A DNA stretch of 64,000 nt from Podarcis bocagei (lineage: Eukaryota), in NCBI GenBank assembly GCA_964188305.1, contig OZ076885.1; one strand, written 5' to 3'. Of this stretch, positions 1-11,911 are shown piece by piece (the first letter of the stretch is position 1; every line of letters starts with the position of its first letter). Below the pieces are notes generated by a model. It did not search any database. It had not been told where the DNA came from and saw only the letters and a program-made list of their open reading frames with translations. The position numbers and the translations under genes were made by a program.

Positions 1-245
1 TATGCATAATGGGGGAAATTGGATGGAGAAGGGCTTTTCTTCCTTATGATACTTGAACTTTGGGTCATCCAATTAAACTGACTGGCAGCTAGTTCAGGAC
101 AGATAAAAGAAAGCAGTCCTTCACACAACACATCATTAATGTATGGAATCTACCGCTACCTAATACAGCTACGCTATCTAGTTTAGATGGTTTTAAAGGG
201 GATTAGACCAAGGCATGGAAGAGAGGTCTATTGACAGTTATTAGA
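1..245 (+). mobile_element. CR1 LINE 3' fragment
   Basis: Degenerate CR1 3'-end text (gggtcatcc..ttcaggacagataaaagaaag..ttcacaca..gtatggaa..ttttaaaggggattagac); homologous to 46960-47350. Confidence 0.7.
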
Positions 246-350
246 CAGGAAAACTAATTTTTTAAACCACAATTATGATTTCTGTAACTTTGATCACTTG
301 CAGCAGAATCAATAAAGAGTTGGGGGATTTGTGCTTTTTAGTTTTCTTAC

Positions 351-419
351 CAGTGGGTTTTAAGGAGGTCACGAAAGGTGCTGTTGTTGGCTGTGATGCT
401 GTTGAGGTTTCCATGGGAT
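351..419 (-). CDS. CD5: CD5 exon 4, Pro/Ser/Thr-rich hinge (DPMETSTASQPTTAPFVTSLKPT)
   Basis: Acceptor atcatttcag|, donor CTG|gtaaga, 69 nt, phase 1-1. A PST hinge after SRCR1 is characteristic of CD5. The gene continues past the left edge. Confidence 0.88.
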
Positions 420-813
420 CTGAAATGATCAATGCAACCAAAGGGATGAGAAGAAAAAAGAGCTATAGTTTTTTAGAGAAGGGTCGCACAGGGGGAATGG
501 GGAGTGAGTTTATCCAGTATTGCTACAGGCAAGAGCCAAGAGCAGCCTTCTATAGATAGGTTTCCCCTTTGGTTCAAACTGAACCACATGTGAAAACTTG
601 CAGAGTGAGTTTTTCAGAGCTTGTGCCAGCACGGAAAAAAGGTGAAACTTGTACTGGACTGTGCTAAATTCTATGTAAGGTGGCCAGGTAGGCATGGCCA
701 AAAATGTGGATTTGTATCACTGATAAAAGAGGACACCAATCTGCATAAAATTTGCATATAAGTGTATAGATGCAAAATTATGAACATTTACTAAAATTTA
801 AAATAGAAATACA

Positions 814-968
814 CAGTATTTTTCCGTGTATAAGACTAGGTTTTTTTTACACAAAAAAAAAGGTTTAAAATTGGGGCTCGTCTTATACACAGATAGTGCT
901 GAGGGGTGTTTTCTTAATTTGGAGTCCATAAAAATATATGGTGGCGTCTTATACACGGAAAAATACAG
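814..968. mobile_element. Non-autonomous Tc1/mariner (Tc2-like) MITE
   Basis: Inverted termini cagtatttttccgtgtataagac / gtcttatacacggaaaaatacag, followed by TA. Confidence 0.75.
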
Positions 969-1676
969 TAAAAGGGAGGAAGGCACAAGGTGCCTTGTTG
1001 GCCTGCTCAGGGGGCTGATCAGGTCTTAGTAACTGTTGGCTAGCAACTTGATGGCTCCTGATCTCCCTTGTTAAATCAGACTTGGACTGGACAGCCCACA
1101 AGTGGATGATATTTTTAAATAGAGGACTGTTCCCTGACAGCCTTTCAAAGCAGAGGACCTTCCTCTATAGAGTAGCCCCCCAGTATGTAAATTGTACTGC
1201 GGTAAGCCGTGTTCATATTTAGAGGCAGGTCCATCTGCCTTCTGGGGGAGCGTGGGAAGAAGAACTATTGTTGTTGTTTAGGGCTGCTACACAACCAGAC
1301 ATAACCAGGATTTCAAAGGCAGAAATGACGTCTGGGAGGGTTTTTCGAAATGCGGTGCTTAGGGTTTTGTCTAAAAAAAAGCTCAACAACTCTTTTCAGG
1401 GTGTCCTGGTTTTTACTTTTAGAAATATGGCAACCCTACTGTTGTTCAGATGGCTGACTGCATTTAGTGGCTTTAGATCTCAAATGTGTCTCTATCATAA
1501 AACAGTTTACATTCAAGTAGAAGGTTAGTCTGCTCTTAGCGGAAGCCAGAGAACAGCTCTGAATCTCTAGTACAATGGGAAGGCGCTTCCAAAACACCCC
1601 CCCCCCCACTGCTCTTCTATGTCACACTTGTTTTGCCCAAAGAGAGAATGCAAGCAGGAAGGAGTGTTTTAACTAC

Positions 1677-1967
1677 CTTGACAAACCAAGGCCAAATGGG
1701 AAGTGCAGTTGGATTCTTGCTGGGCGCAGTCCTTCAGGGCTGTCTCGTTTCCCTGGCAGCCCAACACGAGTGCCTCTTGTTTCTGCGGTTCTTCGGCAAA
1801 CGGCCGCAGCAGTCCAAAGGGAAAACCGCAGCCAAGCTTTTTACAGGCAAGGTCTGCATTCTGCTGTGTCCAACCTGTGCTACAAATGCTCTTCCATTTG
1901 CCTGTGAGATAAATCTCCAACAACCCAGAACACTTGGAGCTGGTACCGCTGAGCCTCACAGCCCATT
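1677..1967 (-). CDS. CD5: CD5 exon 3, SRCR domain 1
   Basis: EWAVRLSGTSSKCSGLLEIYLTGKWKSICSTGW...ACKKLGCG...LALVCQ: 8 Cys, group-B SRCR pattern. Acceptor ctttccccaacag|, donor CAAG|gtagtt, 291 nt, phase 1-1. Confidence 0.92.
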
Positions 1968-2107
1968 CTGTTGGGGAAAGACTAAGATACTGAAGACATC
2001 CAGGCAAAACCACTGAACATAGCATCACCCCCTGCACCATTCTCCCTCCCCTTGGGGTGGCTGATCAATTTTGCTTCCAGGCAGCAGTTTATTGTGGGCT
2101 CATACGA

Positions 2108-2230
2108 TAAGGTTACCAGACGTCCCTATTTCTCGGGGACAGTCCCCGGATTTACAAATCAGTCCCCATACAAAATCCATTGATGTTGAAAAATGTCCCC
2201 GGATTCATTGAAAAAAATCTGGTAACCTTA
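2108..2230. mobile_element. hAT-like MITE
   Basis: TIR taaggttaccaga / tctggtaacctta; imperfect 8-bp TSD tcatacga / tcacatga. Confidence 0.7.
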
Positions 2231-2711
2231 TCACATGAGCAAGTTTAGCACAGCAACAACATCTTCATCAAAATGCTATTTTGTCCGGTATTATTTCCCT
2301 GTGCAATCCAGTTTTACCGCTTCCATGGAAAATACAAAATTTTAGAAAAAACATACCAGTGGAAACAGTAAATCCAGATTAAATTGTGGTGATGGGGAGG
2401 TATGGGATGGCATTATGATGAAGATGCCATGTGGATGCTGCCCAAAATTAGAATGCATGCCTTGCCTTTGACACCTGAAATATATACACACTTGTATTCA
2501 ATGTGGCGCTGTATCATTCATTGCATAAGTAGAACAGTTTCCGCATGTCCAACAGGACTTTCCCCCTCTTGCCCACCCCTGTTCCCTTCCTAAATCTGTT
2601 ATGGGGTTTCTCCTAACCCTCTGGAACAGATTTGAGGACAGTGCAGGGCACACACTGGGAAAGGGGAGGAAAGTCCTATGCAAGATGAAATACCCTATTA
2701 TTTTGATGGTA

Positions 2712-4154
2712 CCGTATTTTTCGCCCTATAAGACGCACTTTTTCCCCTCCAAAAATGAAGGGGAAATGTGGGTGCGTCTTATGGGGCGAATGCAGGCTTT
2801 CGCTGAAGCCTGGAGAGCGAGAGCCGTAGGTGCGCACCGACCCCTCTCGCTCTCCAGGCTTCGCGGACCTCTCCTCAAGCAGCGGGAACGTTCCCGCTGC
2901 TTGGGGAGAGTTGCCGGCATCCCGAAGCCTGCAAGCGCTGATCCCAGCACGTGCAGGCTTCGCGGATCTCTCCCCAAGCAGCGGGAACGTTCCCACTGCT
3001 TGGGGAGAGTTGCAGGCATCCCGAAGCCTGCGCGCGCTGATCCCAACACGCGCAGGCTTCGCGGATCTCTCCCCAAGCAGCGGGAACGTTCCCACTGCTT
3101 GGGGAGAGTTGCAGGCATCCCGAAGCCTGCGCGCGCTGATCCCAGCACGCGCAGGCTTCGCGGATCTCTCCCCAAGCAGCGGGAACGTTCCCACTGCTTG
3201 GGGAGAGTTGCAGGAATCCCGAAGCCTGCAAGCGCTGATCCCAGCACGTGCAGGCTTCGCGGATCTCTCCCCAAGCAGCGGGAACGTTCCCACTGCTTGG
3301 GGAGAGTTGCAGGCATCCCGAAGCCTGCCCGCGCTGATCCCAGCACGTGCAGGCTTCGCGGATCTCTCCCCAAGCAGCGGGAACGTTCCCACTGCTTGGG
3401 GAGAGTTGCAGGCATCCCGAAGCCTGCAAGCGCTGATCCCAGCACGCGCAGGCTTCGCGGATCTCTCCCCAAGCAGCGGGAACGTTCCCACTGCTTGGGG
3501 AGAGTTGCAGGCATCCCGAAGCCTGCCCGCGCTGATCCCAGCACGTGCAGGCTTCGCGGATCTCTCCCCAAGCAGCGGGAACGTTCCCACTGCTTGGGGA
3601 GAGTTGCAGGCATCCCGAAGCCTGCAAGCGCTGATCCCAGCACGTGCAGGCTTCGCGGATCTCTCCCCAAGCAGCGGGAACGTTCCCACTGCTTGGGGAG
3701 AGTTGCAGGCATCCCGAAGCCTGCCCGCGCTGATCCCAGCACGTGCAGGCTTCGCGGATCTCTCCCCAAGCAGCGGGAACGTTCCCACTGCTTGGGGAGA
3801 GTTGCAGGCATCCCGAAGCCTGCAAGCGCTGATCCCAGCACGTGCAGGCTTCGCGGATCTCTCCCCAAGCAGCGGGAACGTTCCCACTGCTTGGGGAGAG
3901 TTGCAGGCATCCCGAAGCCTGCAAGCGCTGATCCCAGCACGTGCAGGCTTCGCGGATCTCTCCTCAAGCAGCGGGAACCACCGCTGGGCTCCCACGGCTT
4001 GCAGAGAGCTGCCTGTTTGGGGGCTGGGGTCGGGGGAAGCTCGGGCTGCCCCAGCCCCGCGCCTGGGGGGAAAATAATTTTTTCCCTTTATTTCCCCCCC
4101 AAAAAACTAGGTGCGTCTTATGGGCCGGAGCGTCTTATGGGGCGCAAAATACGG
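2712..4154. mobile_element. Non-autonomous Tc2-like DNA transposon containing a 99-bp minisatellite
   Basis: TA|ccgtatttttcgccctataagacgc ... gcgtcttatggggcgcaaaatacgg|TA termini with TA duplication. Confidence 0.85.
2856..3978. repeat. GC/CpG-rich minisatellite, 99-bp unit x 11 plus a partial copy, internally palindromic
   Basis: Unit starts (aggcttcgcgg) at 2856, 2955 ... 3945; 33-aa periodicity in the overlapping ORFs. Confidence 0.97.
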
Positions 4155-4601
4155 TAAATTGTTTTAACTGTTTTCCGTATTTACATTGGTGTCATGCGCC
4201 CTGGGACCTTATGGTGAAAGGCAGATAAGAAACCTAATTCTGATAGTTATTCATAATAATAGCAAAAATAACAATAATATTTAGCAGCACTGAGTCCACA
4301 ATACACTGCCATGTTGAAGCAAAGACTTATGTCTCATGATCATGGCTTAACTCCCCCACACTGAAATAAATGCGACTTAAATGTGCTTAATTTTGGAGGC
4401 GTTGTGCCCTTTCTTATGAAGAAACATGGAAACTAAATATCAGTTGGGACATGGCACAGCATAAGGCAGAAATTGACCTAGCTATGCACCATCTTTACAG
4501 GTATAAATCATGAAAATAGAATCCATGTGGTGAAGCAGAATCCTATGCCTGTCTACTCACAAATGCGTTTCACTTTGTTCGATTGAATAAGAAGTACTGA
4601 C

Positions 4602-4640
4602 CTTTAGGGCTTTCACTTTGTCCATCATCACAAGTGACCA
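4602..4640 (-). CDS. CD5: CD5 exon 2 (end of leader/N-terminus, VVTCDDGQSESPK)
   Basis: Acceptor ctttgttcctttatttgcag|, donor AAG|gtcagt, 39 nt, phase 1-1; resembles the short mammalian CD5 exon 2 (VASCLGRLSWYDP). Confidence 0.85.
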
Positions 4641-5682
4641 CTGCAAATAAAGGAACAAAGTACGGTAAAAACCAACCAACCAGCCATAAAGTGGGGCAGA
4701 ATCCCATAAGCTGTGTGTGAGTGCAAAGCAGATGGGAGAATTTCCAGATTCATCGCCCACCAGGTGCATACGCCCACACCACATGGCACACGGCTCTTGA
4801 GAATCTTTCTACAGCTTTTTCGAGACGTGCTGAAGGAACTGAAATGAGAAAGGGCCCCTAGAAAAGCCCCCGCCCCAACACACTGAACACCACAAGGTCC
4901 TTGGGATTTTGGTGGAACAGGCATCCCCCCACTTGTGTGTGATTGACTTACGCACCACCACATCTACGCAAGCGATGGGAAATAAATAATTCCATTCTTA
5001 ACCTGAAATGGCAGAAGAGAGCTGGAAAGCCCTCATAAGTCACGAGGAGATCCTTCCCAGAGCCTGAAGAGGATGTCAGTGAGCTAGAAAAAGAAAAGAC
5101 TCCAAGGGTTCCAAAATGGCAGCCGGGAGCTCTCGCTGCTACCACGCTATGCTATAGGGTGGGAAGCTTATGTACTGCAGTGGGCTCCCGTCGCACATTT
5201 CGCTTACGTGCGTGGAGACCTGGAACGTAACCCCCATGTAAGTGGGGAGTTGCCTGTACATAGCGACATGTTCTATGTCAGAGTCTGCTATGTTTATGTT
5301 ACCCAATAGTATTGTATCTAGCTCGCCCATCCCTGATGCTCACCATGAAAATCCTCTTACACCAACTATCAGCTGCCAGTCAGCAAAATGCAAATAAAGA
5401 AGGGGGTGAAATCATATGCCCCCTGTGAGTCTGCTGGTGCCCCTTGGCTGCGTTTTGATATGTGAGGGAGTAAAGCCATTCCTTCTGTGTTACACCATGC
5501 TAGCTACCAGAGGCCTACAGAGGAAAGGCTTAGAGCAGATCTTGTTGAATCCGGGTTGCAGTGAGAACATAAAACTGACGTTGTCCAAAATAATAATTTA
5601 CACTGCAAATGCTTTTCACCCTCCTCTTACCTCGAGCTCGTTAAGAAAACCTGTTCAGGTAAATGAATATGGTAAAGAGGTA

Positions 5683-5911
5683 CAGTGGTACCTCAGGTTA
5701 CATATGCTTCAGGTTATAGACTCCGCTAACCCAGAAATAGTACCTCGGGTTAAGAACTTTGCTTCAGGATGAGAACAGAAATAATGCTCTGGCGGCGCAG
5801 CAGCAGCAGCGGGAGGCCCCATTAGCTAAAGTGGTGCTTCAGATTAAGAACAGTTTCAGGTTAAGAACGGACCTCCAGAACGAATTAAGTTCTTAACCTG
5901 AGGTACCACTG
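5683..5911. mobile_element. Tigger/pogo-like MITE (CAGTGGTACCTC TIR)
   Basis: TA|cagtggtacctc ... gaggtaccactg|TA; same family at 10952, 57462 and 60153. Confidence 0.9.
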
Positions 5912-6200
5912 TATTTGCAGATGCTGACGGGAGGGCACCAGCAACTGCAGGCCTTCCCAGTTCTTCCTTCTGCCACACACCGTTTCCTGCACTATCTTAA
6001 TGAGCCCGCTTCCTTCACGTGGGAAGGGGGACACGCGCCATTGCCAGTGCAGAAGGAAGATTTAGTTGCTAGTCCAGTCTGCTTTTGTAAGTAGAATGGG
6101 GAAGGCAGGGGAGGGAGAGATCTTGTCATTTGCCTCAGGCAGCAAAATGTATTGGGCCAGCCCTGAACGCCATTGAAGAGTCTGGTTGATGTAATATGAC

Positions 6201-6339
6201 CAGGGCTTTCCCCCCCCAGCTGGAACTCACTGCAACTCAATTCTGGGACCTCTGAGGTGGACACCATTGCCATTCTAAGAGAATGAGGGAGGTGCTCATG
6301 GTGAGTTCCGGCACTTCTTTTTCTAGAAAAACAGCACTG
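6201..6339. mobile_element. hAT-like MITE
   Basis: cagggctt ... cagcactg termini; inverted homologue at 60574-60709. Confidence 0.65.
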
Positions 6340-7743
6340 AATAGGACTATTTCTACACACCACTTTCTTGAGCATAATGAATATCTGAGTATTGTAAATA
6401 TGGAAGAAATAGATGCCTGAAATGCAATGACAGCAGTAGCAGCAACAACACATTTTGACAAATGTAGTTTTTACATGGGAATTGCAGACTTGATGAAAGC
6501 CACTTTAAGCATAATGTGTAAAAATGCCCTGAGTCTATAAGGTAGATGAGCTGTGCTTGAAAACCATAAAACCCACTGGGAAAGCCCATCCACAGGCTCC
6601 TTTGACATTAATGAGGAAAGTGCAAAAGAACAAATTTATGTTGTTCCTATTCATTCCAAATGAACATGTGCAGGAGATATTCCTTACAAATGCAAATTAG
6701 GCCCTTTGTCTCCTTCTGATTACCACACCAATTACCATCTTTTCTTACTGTTCTCAGAAGAACAATTTGATTAAGCGGAATTTTGATGTACACCGAGAGT
6801 AGTGAATAATAATTAAAGATACGGGTTAAGGGCTCAAGTTAGATTTCTGCTGAGCTCAGTGGAGCTGTCCCGATTTGTACCAAGGGAATTTTCTCTCCCC
6901 GTTAGACCTGACAATTAAGCATGAAACATAATTACACCTCTACTTTTAACCACCTGGCTTTTCCCCTCCATTTATAAAAACACAAATCCATGCAACCATT
7001 TCGGCAAGGATTGTACTCGCATGAACGTATCCAATATGTTTTACATTTTCACATCTGTAGGTGCATGCAACAAACATGTTTGCAAGGTTTAACTCTAGCT
7101 CCCTGGCAATTGTGCATGTGCTGGCATGGCTTTGCAGCTCCATGTATCAAGCAGGACCCTAGGCAGGTACTGAACCTCACTGCCTCCTGCATCTGCCATC
7201 AAGTGTCTACTGATATTCTGAACGGGCGATGATCTCGGCACCATCCAGGCTTTGTTTATGGCATTGTTTTAAACAGCCAGTTGCATGGAAGCTCATTGCA
7301 TGAATGTGATTTGTGCATATGTGTGTGCATGTGTTATGTAGTTAGCTGCCACAGGGAAGCTTCAGCAGCATCAGGATCATGCAGGGTAGGGCGAGGAAGT
7401 TTAACCCTTTCTCTCACTGCTGTGGTCCTTGGCAAAATTTGCCTCTCCGAAGCTGCTATTTGCATTTCAAGGGAAGCTCCAATTGGCATCCTTGGAGGCT
7501 TTCCTTGAAATGCAGACAACACCTTAGGAGTGGCAATTTTGGAAAGAGAAAGAGTCAGACTTTCTCTCTCCAGCCTCTAGGGATGAGAGGCTGCTCAGCC
7601 TTCCTATTAGCTGCTATTTGTAGAACAAACAAACAAACAAGCAAGCATTAATTACATTAACAAATCAAGGCCATCTCCTGTTTAGCCTGCAGGCACCCCA
7701 GCTTGCCTCTTTCCCCTCAGCCGGTATCCACATTACTTCTTAC

Positions 7744-8152
7744 TAGGGAAGGGCAAAACTGTTAATTTCAGTTTCTTGAACTTTCTCATTTTTTCCAATC
7801 TCAAATTCAGTTCTTCATATTTCCCCATCAATTTGCATTGATGTCTGCATGAAAATTCACGAGAAATCATGCCCATTTCTCCCGGCATACACATTTTCAC
7901 ATTAAACTTTGCCTAATATACACACTTTTACAAAGCAAGTTCCTCTAATATAATGCATTTTTATTGTTATTTCCCCTTTTATCCACACTTTACCATAGTG
8001 ATATGCATTTGTATACATATTACTTGGCTGGGCAGCTGAATTGCAAAATTCAGAGAAGCGCAAATTTTGAAGGATGGCAGAGGTTTGGTTAGCACAAATT
8101 TGGTAGTTTCACCTCTAAATGTGAACTGAATTGAATTTATCTCACATTCCTA
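7744..8152. mobile_element. Abundant old dispersed repeat (probably non-autonomous DNA element)
   Basis: Same degenerate text (tcaatttcagtttctc..ttctccacattt..atgcatttt..gaaggatggc) recurs near 9560-9950, 15730-16110, 43446-43880, 55140-55520 and 59790-59920. Confidence 0.65.
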
Positions 8153-10567
8153 ATTGTTCATTATGCATTTATTCTCTGGCCGCACCCGCACTGAAGCAAC
8201 TCAGAGTGACAGCATGAAACAATCCTGACAGAATCATTAGAGTTAGCCTGAAATAATGACAGCAGCCACTGAAGTGAAATTCACCGCAGAGATCCAAGTT
8301 CCTGATGGATCATTTAACTTCATTTTTAATTTTCAAAGCAGCCACAGGAGCCTCCAATTTTTATCAAAGCAGCGGTTTAACCCTTTCTGTGCCTGTAGCA
8401 TTTCTCTCAAACTAAATGCCTCCTCCCGCAGAGCTGATGTTAACTGGGATGTGCGGGGATATAGGTACCTAAGGGCAGCATTTTGATCAGGGAGCCAACT
8501 TGGATGAAAGTGTTAAACACACCTCCCATTCCCTCTGCTGCCTTGAAATTAAAAATAAAAATAAACTAGAAGATCTAATCTGGAACCCTCTGCACATCAC
8601 TTCAGCTTTGACTCTGAGTGGGAATTTGAACATACCTTTCCCTCCACCCGAATCCAATTATATTATCCCCTCCACTGAGTAGTGCTGCATCACACTTTTA
8701 TACAGAAGACCCATTTTTGGCAGGCACACCAATGCCGTAATATTGCTACGTCCAGCAAATTTGTAATTTCTGGATAATATTCAAATATGTGTGCCTTCTT
8801 GGAGCCCTTGATGGGTCCAGGGCTCTCTTGTAAACAGGGACAAGAAAGATGGAAATGTATGACTGGAGGGGAAATGTGCTCCATATTATAGGTTTAGGTT
8901 GGGTTGAGGGAGTCTAGATGGACTGAAACTCTGGGCATACCAGGATTACAGCTGGGAACCATACACACTGATTTCAGTGCATCTGGTCCTCAAATTAATA
9001 TTTATGGTGGCTGTTCTACACACACTTACCCAGAAACCCCGTTACTTCTGAGCAGATACCCAAAAGTTTGTTCTGTGAGTGGATATGCATTGAGGTGGGC
9101 TAAAAAAAACCCAAAAAAACTAGAGCGTCCCTCCCTCCCAAAAATAGCAAAGCTTTTAGCATATAGTGGACAGGAACCCCAATTTAGGTCATGGACATGA
9201 TGCTGGGGGTGGGGTGGGGATTTAAACATTTCCCCCCTGCACTTTCCCAACCAGAAACCCCCTCCCACGGGCCCGGCAGGGGATAACAGTCCCGTCCCCC
9301 CATGAGGCACATAGCAACTGGGGGCAGGATTTTAATTGGGGAAACGCCACAGGAGACGAAAGGTTATCCTGCACCTCCCGCAGCACCATAGTCTTGATCC
9401 AAATTGCGGGTCTCATGACTCCTATTCATCACCTGAAACCCTGCGAGAGAGAGTGTCTCCACATGACCTGTTTATTGAGCATTAATCCTGATTGGTTTGC
9501 TAAGAGGTTAGATGACCATTGGTTAATTAATGATCATTAATTTGGATTTCTTTTGATGAATCTGTCAAATTCAGTTTCTCTCATTTTCCCGGTCTTAAGT
9601 TCTCCACATTTCCCCATCTGTTTGCATTTTTTAAAATAAAGCCTTCAAGAAAGTTTGTTAGCATTTTAGTGCCTATTTTTCCTAAAATACACATTTTTGT
9701 ATACAGTTCCGCTTGCAAGGCAATTCCCCTACCCTTATATAATACATTCTTGTATGTTATTTTCACTAATATACACATTTCTATGCAAACTATACCCCAA
9801 AATATTCATCCTTGTACACATTATGCATTGTAGAATTCAGAGAACTGTGGATTTTGAAGAATGGCTATGGTTCAGTTTGTGTATTATTTAGGAAAGTGCG
9901 AATTCGGCAGATTTGCCTGTGAATGCAAACTGAATTGAAATGCTCCCTCTTTGCTAACACCCGCCCTCTCTCACACACTTTTCTTCACCAGCCTCCTGAG
10001 TTTCAAATACATCCTCCCAAAGCCACTGTTTCATAAAAAAGGGAAAAAATAACTGTCCAGAGAACCAGGTAAAGTATCTATAGAGGCTGAGCACTCACTT
10101 GCTGTGTGCTGCATCATACAGGCAGCCTTTTACAAAAGCCAGGGTGGGGGCCATGACAAAACAGTTGAGATATTTTAGTCTAGCCACCTTTTCCCCTGTA
10201 AGAATATCCTTCCAGTTTGAAGAGTTTTACAAACCTTTGCTTTTTATTCTTTGTTATAAAGAATATTCAGCCAGCTTGGACTTGAAAGACAAGACCTGCA
10301 AACATTTGGGAAATGAAATAAATAAAATGATGCATTTTCAGAGTGTCACATGCACCTTTGTGGTGGGGATGGGGGAGGTACACCTTTCCTATTTGCTTTT
10401 AGTAGTTATTTGTTTACAGCTATATCCAACAGCGCCAGAAGTGCTGACTTTTTAAAAATAAACAACAACAACAAGAAAATGAAAGGAACTTTATCAAAAC
10501 ATGCTTGGAAAGAAACTAGATTTAAGTCATAATGCTTAGCTCCCATTTACTTTTAATCATCACATAT

Positions 10568-10942
10568 CAGGGCCGGCCCACCTATGTGGCAAGACGAGGC
10601 GGTCACCTCAGGCGGCAAGATGCAGAGGGGCAGCTGATCCAAGGAATGCATCATTGGCTGCCACTGCTGTGGTGGCAGCAACAGCTGTGGCATGCTCCTT
10701 GGAGGCCGAATCTGCCACCCCCTTGGCAGCCCCTCTCTCAATGCCTCCTCTACAGCACCATCTTGGCAAATAGGAGGTATTTCTGATCTCCCCCCCACCC
10801 ATGTTCCTGATGTAGATCTTTATTACCCCGCTTGTTCCTGATGTGGATCTTCACTCAGCCATTCTTCCCTGGTCAGGGATGGGCAGTGAGAATGCCATTT
10901 TGTGATTCGCCTCAAGGGGCCAAATATCTTGGGCAGGCCCTG
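10568..10942. mobile_element. hAT-family non-autonomous element
   Basis: cagggccggccc ... gggcaggccctg termini; perfect 8-bp TSD tcacatat (10560-10567 / 10943-10950). Confidence 0.85.
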
Positions 10943-10951
10943 TCACATATA

Positions 10952-11192
10952 CATTGGTACCTCGGGCTACAGACACTTCAGGTTACAGATGCATCAGTTA
11001 CAGACTCTGCTAACCCAGAAATAGGACCTCGGGTTAAGAACTTTGCTTCAGGATGAGAACAGAAATCACGCAGCGGCGGTGCTGTGGCAGTGGGAGGCCC
11101 CATTAGCTAAAGTGGTACCTCAGGTTAAGAACAGTTTCAGATTAAGAACGGACCTCCAGAACAAATTAAGTTCTTAACCTGAGGTACCACTG
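10952..11192. mobile_element. Tigger/pogo-like MITE
   Basis: TA|cattggtacctc ... gaggtaccactg|TA; homologous to 5683-5911. Confidence 0.9.
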
Positions 11193-11911
11193 TATGACAC
11201 TTTCAACACGCAAAACGTTTAACGTTCCTTATGACATTCAACATCTTTTTAAACCGCCCTGTGAGGGTGATCGTTTTCATTCTCCTTTTACATTTGGAGA
11301 GTTGAGGCTGAGACAAAGTGGCTTGTCTAGAGCTGGTCAGTGATCCAAGAACAAGCAGCCAAGTTAATCCATCTCCCGAGGTCAAATGCCAACATGCTGT
11401 GCCCTGAATCATTCTGAATTACCCATGCAGAGTACCCCACAGGGCCCTGAAATAATTGTGCATTGTGTGAACATCCTCTTAATTGCTGTAAATAACAAGG
11501 GCACAATACTATGATGTCCACTGTCACTTGAAAACAAAAGCCAGACTCGTATCTCTTAAATGTGATTTCTCGTATTATGCACCATTATTGCCTAAAACCC
11601 CCCAGAATGGTACCTTAACACAAGCTCAGTCATTCCTGGAGACTCTCAGGTTATTATGACTATTATGATTAAATTTATTACCTGTCCTTCTCTGGCAGGT
11701 CCCAGGGCAGGCTGCAACAATTTAAAATTCAGAACTAAAAACAATCAGAGCAAATTACAGTTGATTCCCAGTTAATCATTGGACATTTTACCTGATTGCA
11801 ACTAGGGTCCTCTCCAAACTGTCACTGTTTTATGGAAGGGTTTCAATCATGTATCAGCAAATTTAGGTTTTTGCAGTTAAAGTAGACTAAAGTGCTGTGG
11901 TGCTGCAACCC

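Noticed and set aside
2601-4157. Five long ORFs (349-518 aa) on both strands
   Set aside because: Artefacts of a 99-bp GC-rich tandem repeat inside a transposon in an intron; open in five frames with no domain or splice context.
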